Positions 62,385 to 64,000 of a stretch of DNA of 64,000 nucleotides are shown here, one piece after another. Made by a program: the position numbers and the translations under genes. The notes beneath the pieces are model-generated. The model had not been told where the DNA came from. It worked only from the letters and a program-made list of their open reading frames with translations, and ran no database searches. The DNA is from Camelus dromedarius. Lineage: Eukaryota. The DNA lies in the NCBI RefSeq assembly GCF_036321535.1, contig NC_087447.1, forward strand, positions 50,160,001 through 50,224,000, in the 5' to 3' direction. Each line of letters begins with the position of its first letter. Position 1 is the first letter of the stretch.

Positions 62385-64000
62385 GGTCTGACTCCTCTAA
62401 GTCCAGTTTTAATAAAAACAAAAAACAAAACAACACCTTCATTATCCACAAGTAAAGAAGCAGCACAGAACACAGGACACAGTAGCACTATCTGACCACA
62501 TCCTAGACATGTTAATGAACAGCATTTAAACCTCATCCTTGTTATAACCATGTCCTCTTTTAAAAGTTATTTTTCTATAAGCATGCCAACTTGGATATTT
62601 GGGTCCATCTCTTCTCTTTTTGAACTGTCAGCCTCTCAAGTTTTATATGATTAATGTATATAGAGAAAATTAGAAAGGCTTCAGACTGAGTCAACAGTAG
62701 TTTTCTTGATCCCTCAATTACAATATCCTCTTTGCAGTATATCCTTGTTGAACATTTGGAATGAATTAAGACTTTAAACTTCCAGATGTTTAAACTACTA
62801 CTGTAAATTCAAACTCATTAAAAAGGGCAGATTTACTACCTCTACTTAGTTTTGAAGTCTGTTGTTCACCCTGTCCAAATAATTTATGAAACCAAATACA
62901 GTGGCAGGTAGTGTATTCTATTTTTATAGTATTCATGGTGAGAAATAAGGGGCATTTAAAAAGGTCTGGAAATTAACTGCCACTTTAGCCAACCTATAGA
63001 TCACACTTATTGTTGTTTCTAAGCTAGTAATTGTTTCCTGAAACTGATCTAGTAGATTTTTATGCTAATCTGTACTAAAAATTACTTTTGCTTTTTCTGG
63101 CCACAAAAAGCTGGCTACAGAGGAGCATTTGATTACAGCAAGAAGACAGCTGCACACATACTCGTGAAGTAAATGGACCCGGATCTACGGACTTTTGTGG
63201 TAGTGTCTTGGCAGCCAAACAAAGGTGGCAGCATTTCTACACCTAGTTTGTAAAGTCTCAGAAGTTTCAGGCTTCAGGTTTTGGGTTTTTTGTTTTTTTG
63301 TTTTTTTTTCCAAGGAACCCACTTTGACTATAATGAGCACATTTTAGAAATGCTGTGCTGAAAGCTGGCAATGGATAAAGCAAGAATACAAAAGAAAGCC
63401 TATTCCTAAAGCAAATATTTCTTTCACAAACCTTAAGAATGAAGTGGCTTTCACAATCAATTTTAAGACTGAAGGATTGGATTGAAGTACCTGGCTCTGG
63501 CACTTATTAGCTATATAATTTGGGGCAATTCATCTACCTCTGTGAGCTTGATTTCTCAACTGAAAAATGGGACTACTACTTGCTTGAGTTTTTCTTAGAA
63601 CTTGAATGATATCAAAGTGCTCTGTAAAAAGCTCTATAGTATCATATAAATATTAATACTGCAAGTACAATCTTCCTATGCTTTATGACTCACTTTAAAT
63701 AGCACTTAAAAAGTGGCTGTCCCTAATATGAAACAAAACCAGATCTAACTACGTTACTGCAGAGGATCTGGCGTCAAGAGGAGGGGAAGACGGTTTCTTC
63801 CAACTCAATCAACTACTAGTTACATCACAAGGTTACTGTTAAGAACTAAATAAAAATTACCTACAATTATTAATAAAGCATTTTTTCTCATTCATTTATA
63901 GGTAACAAATCCTATGTTAGGCCTCAACTGTGTATAACTTTTTTCCCCAAGAGTGGGTATGTCAAAAGCAAATTACATATGCTAAACCTTGAATATATTT
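62385..64000 (-). other. Possible distal 3'UTR / terminal region of a minus-strand gene lying right of the window
   Basis: AT-rich, mostly unique sequence; minus-strand ATTAAA at 62408-62413 followed by U-rich downstream sequence. Confidence 0.35.
63480..63655 (+). mobile_element. MIR SINE
   Basis: cctggctctggcacttattagct...ctctgtgagctt...aaaatgggact...aaagtgctctgtaaa. Confidence 0.72.

Noticed and set aside
7072..63692. About 13 AP-1 (TGASTCA) sites across the window
   Set aside because: Not far above the roughly 8 expected by chance in 64 kb, and they are dispersed
60300..64000. Assigning the window to a named locus or gene from the 3'UTR-like end
   Set aside because: I could not match it to any UTR I remember; naming a gene would be guesswork

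Overview
Mammalian non-coding genomic DNA, most likely from a camelid: it holds two tRNA-derived vic-1-type SINEs and no Alu, B1, Bov or PRE1 copies that I could see. I cannot support any intact protein-coding gene, RNA gene or CRISPR array, and the ORF track looks like GC-rich noise. Ancient transposon fossils dominate: many MIR and L2 pieces (only representative copies are listed), L3/CR1, L1M fragments, a near-complete HAL1, MLT1 LTRs and hAT DNA transposons (MER58A, MER63A, MER102, MER5, Zaphod). Several are nested with target-site duplications (TSDs) still visible. Non-repeat highlights are an orphan CpG-island promoter (~43.8-44.46 kb) with a strong CTCF site 1.4 kb away, a stop-disrupted minus-strand frame at 39.7-40.25 kb that reads like a decayed receptor exon, several exon-like minus-strand segments, and a DR5 element overlapping a perfect 16-bp inverted repeat. 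There is also a triplicated GATA/MYB unit, homeodomain-rich enhancer-like islands, and a switch to AT-rich, 3'UTR-like sequence at the right end. Repeat family names come from my recall of consensus sequences, and boundaries are approximate. No novel system is demonstrated. The best lead is a possible lost (unitary pseudo)gene or lncRNA transcribed leftward from the CpG island.
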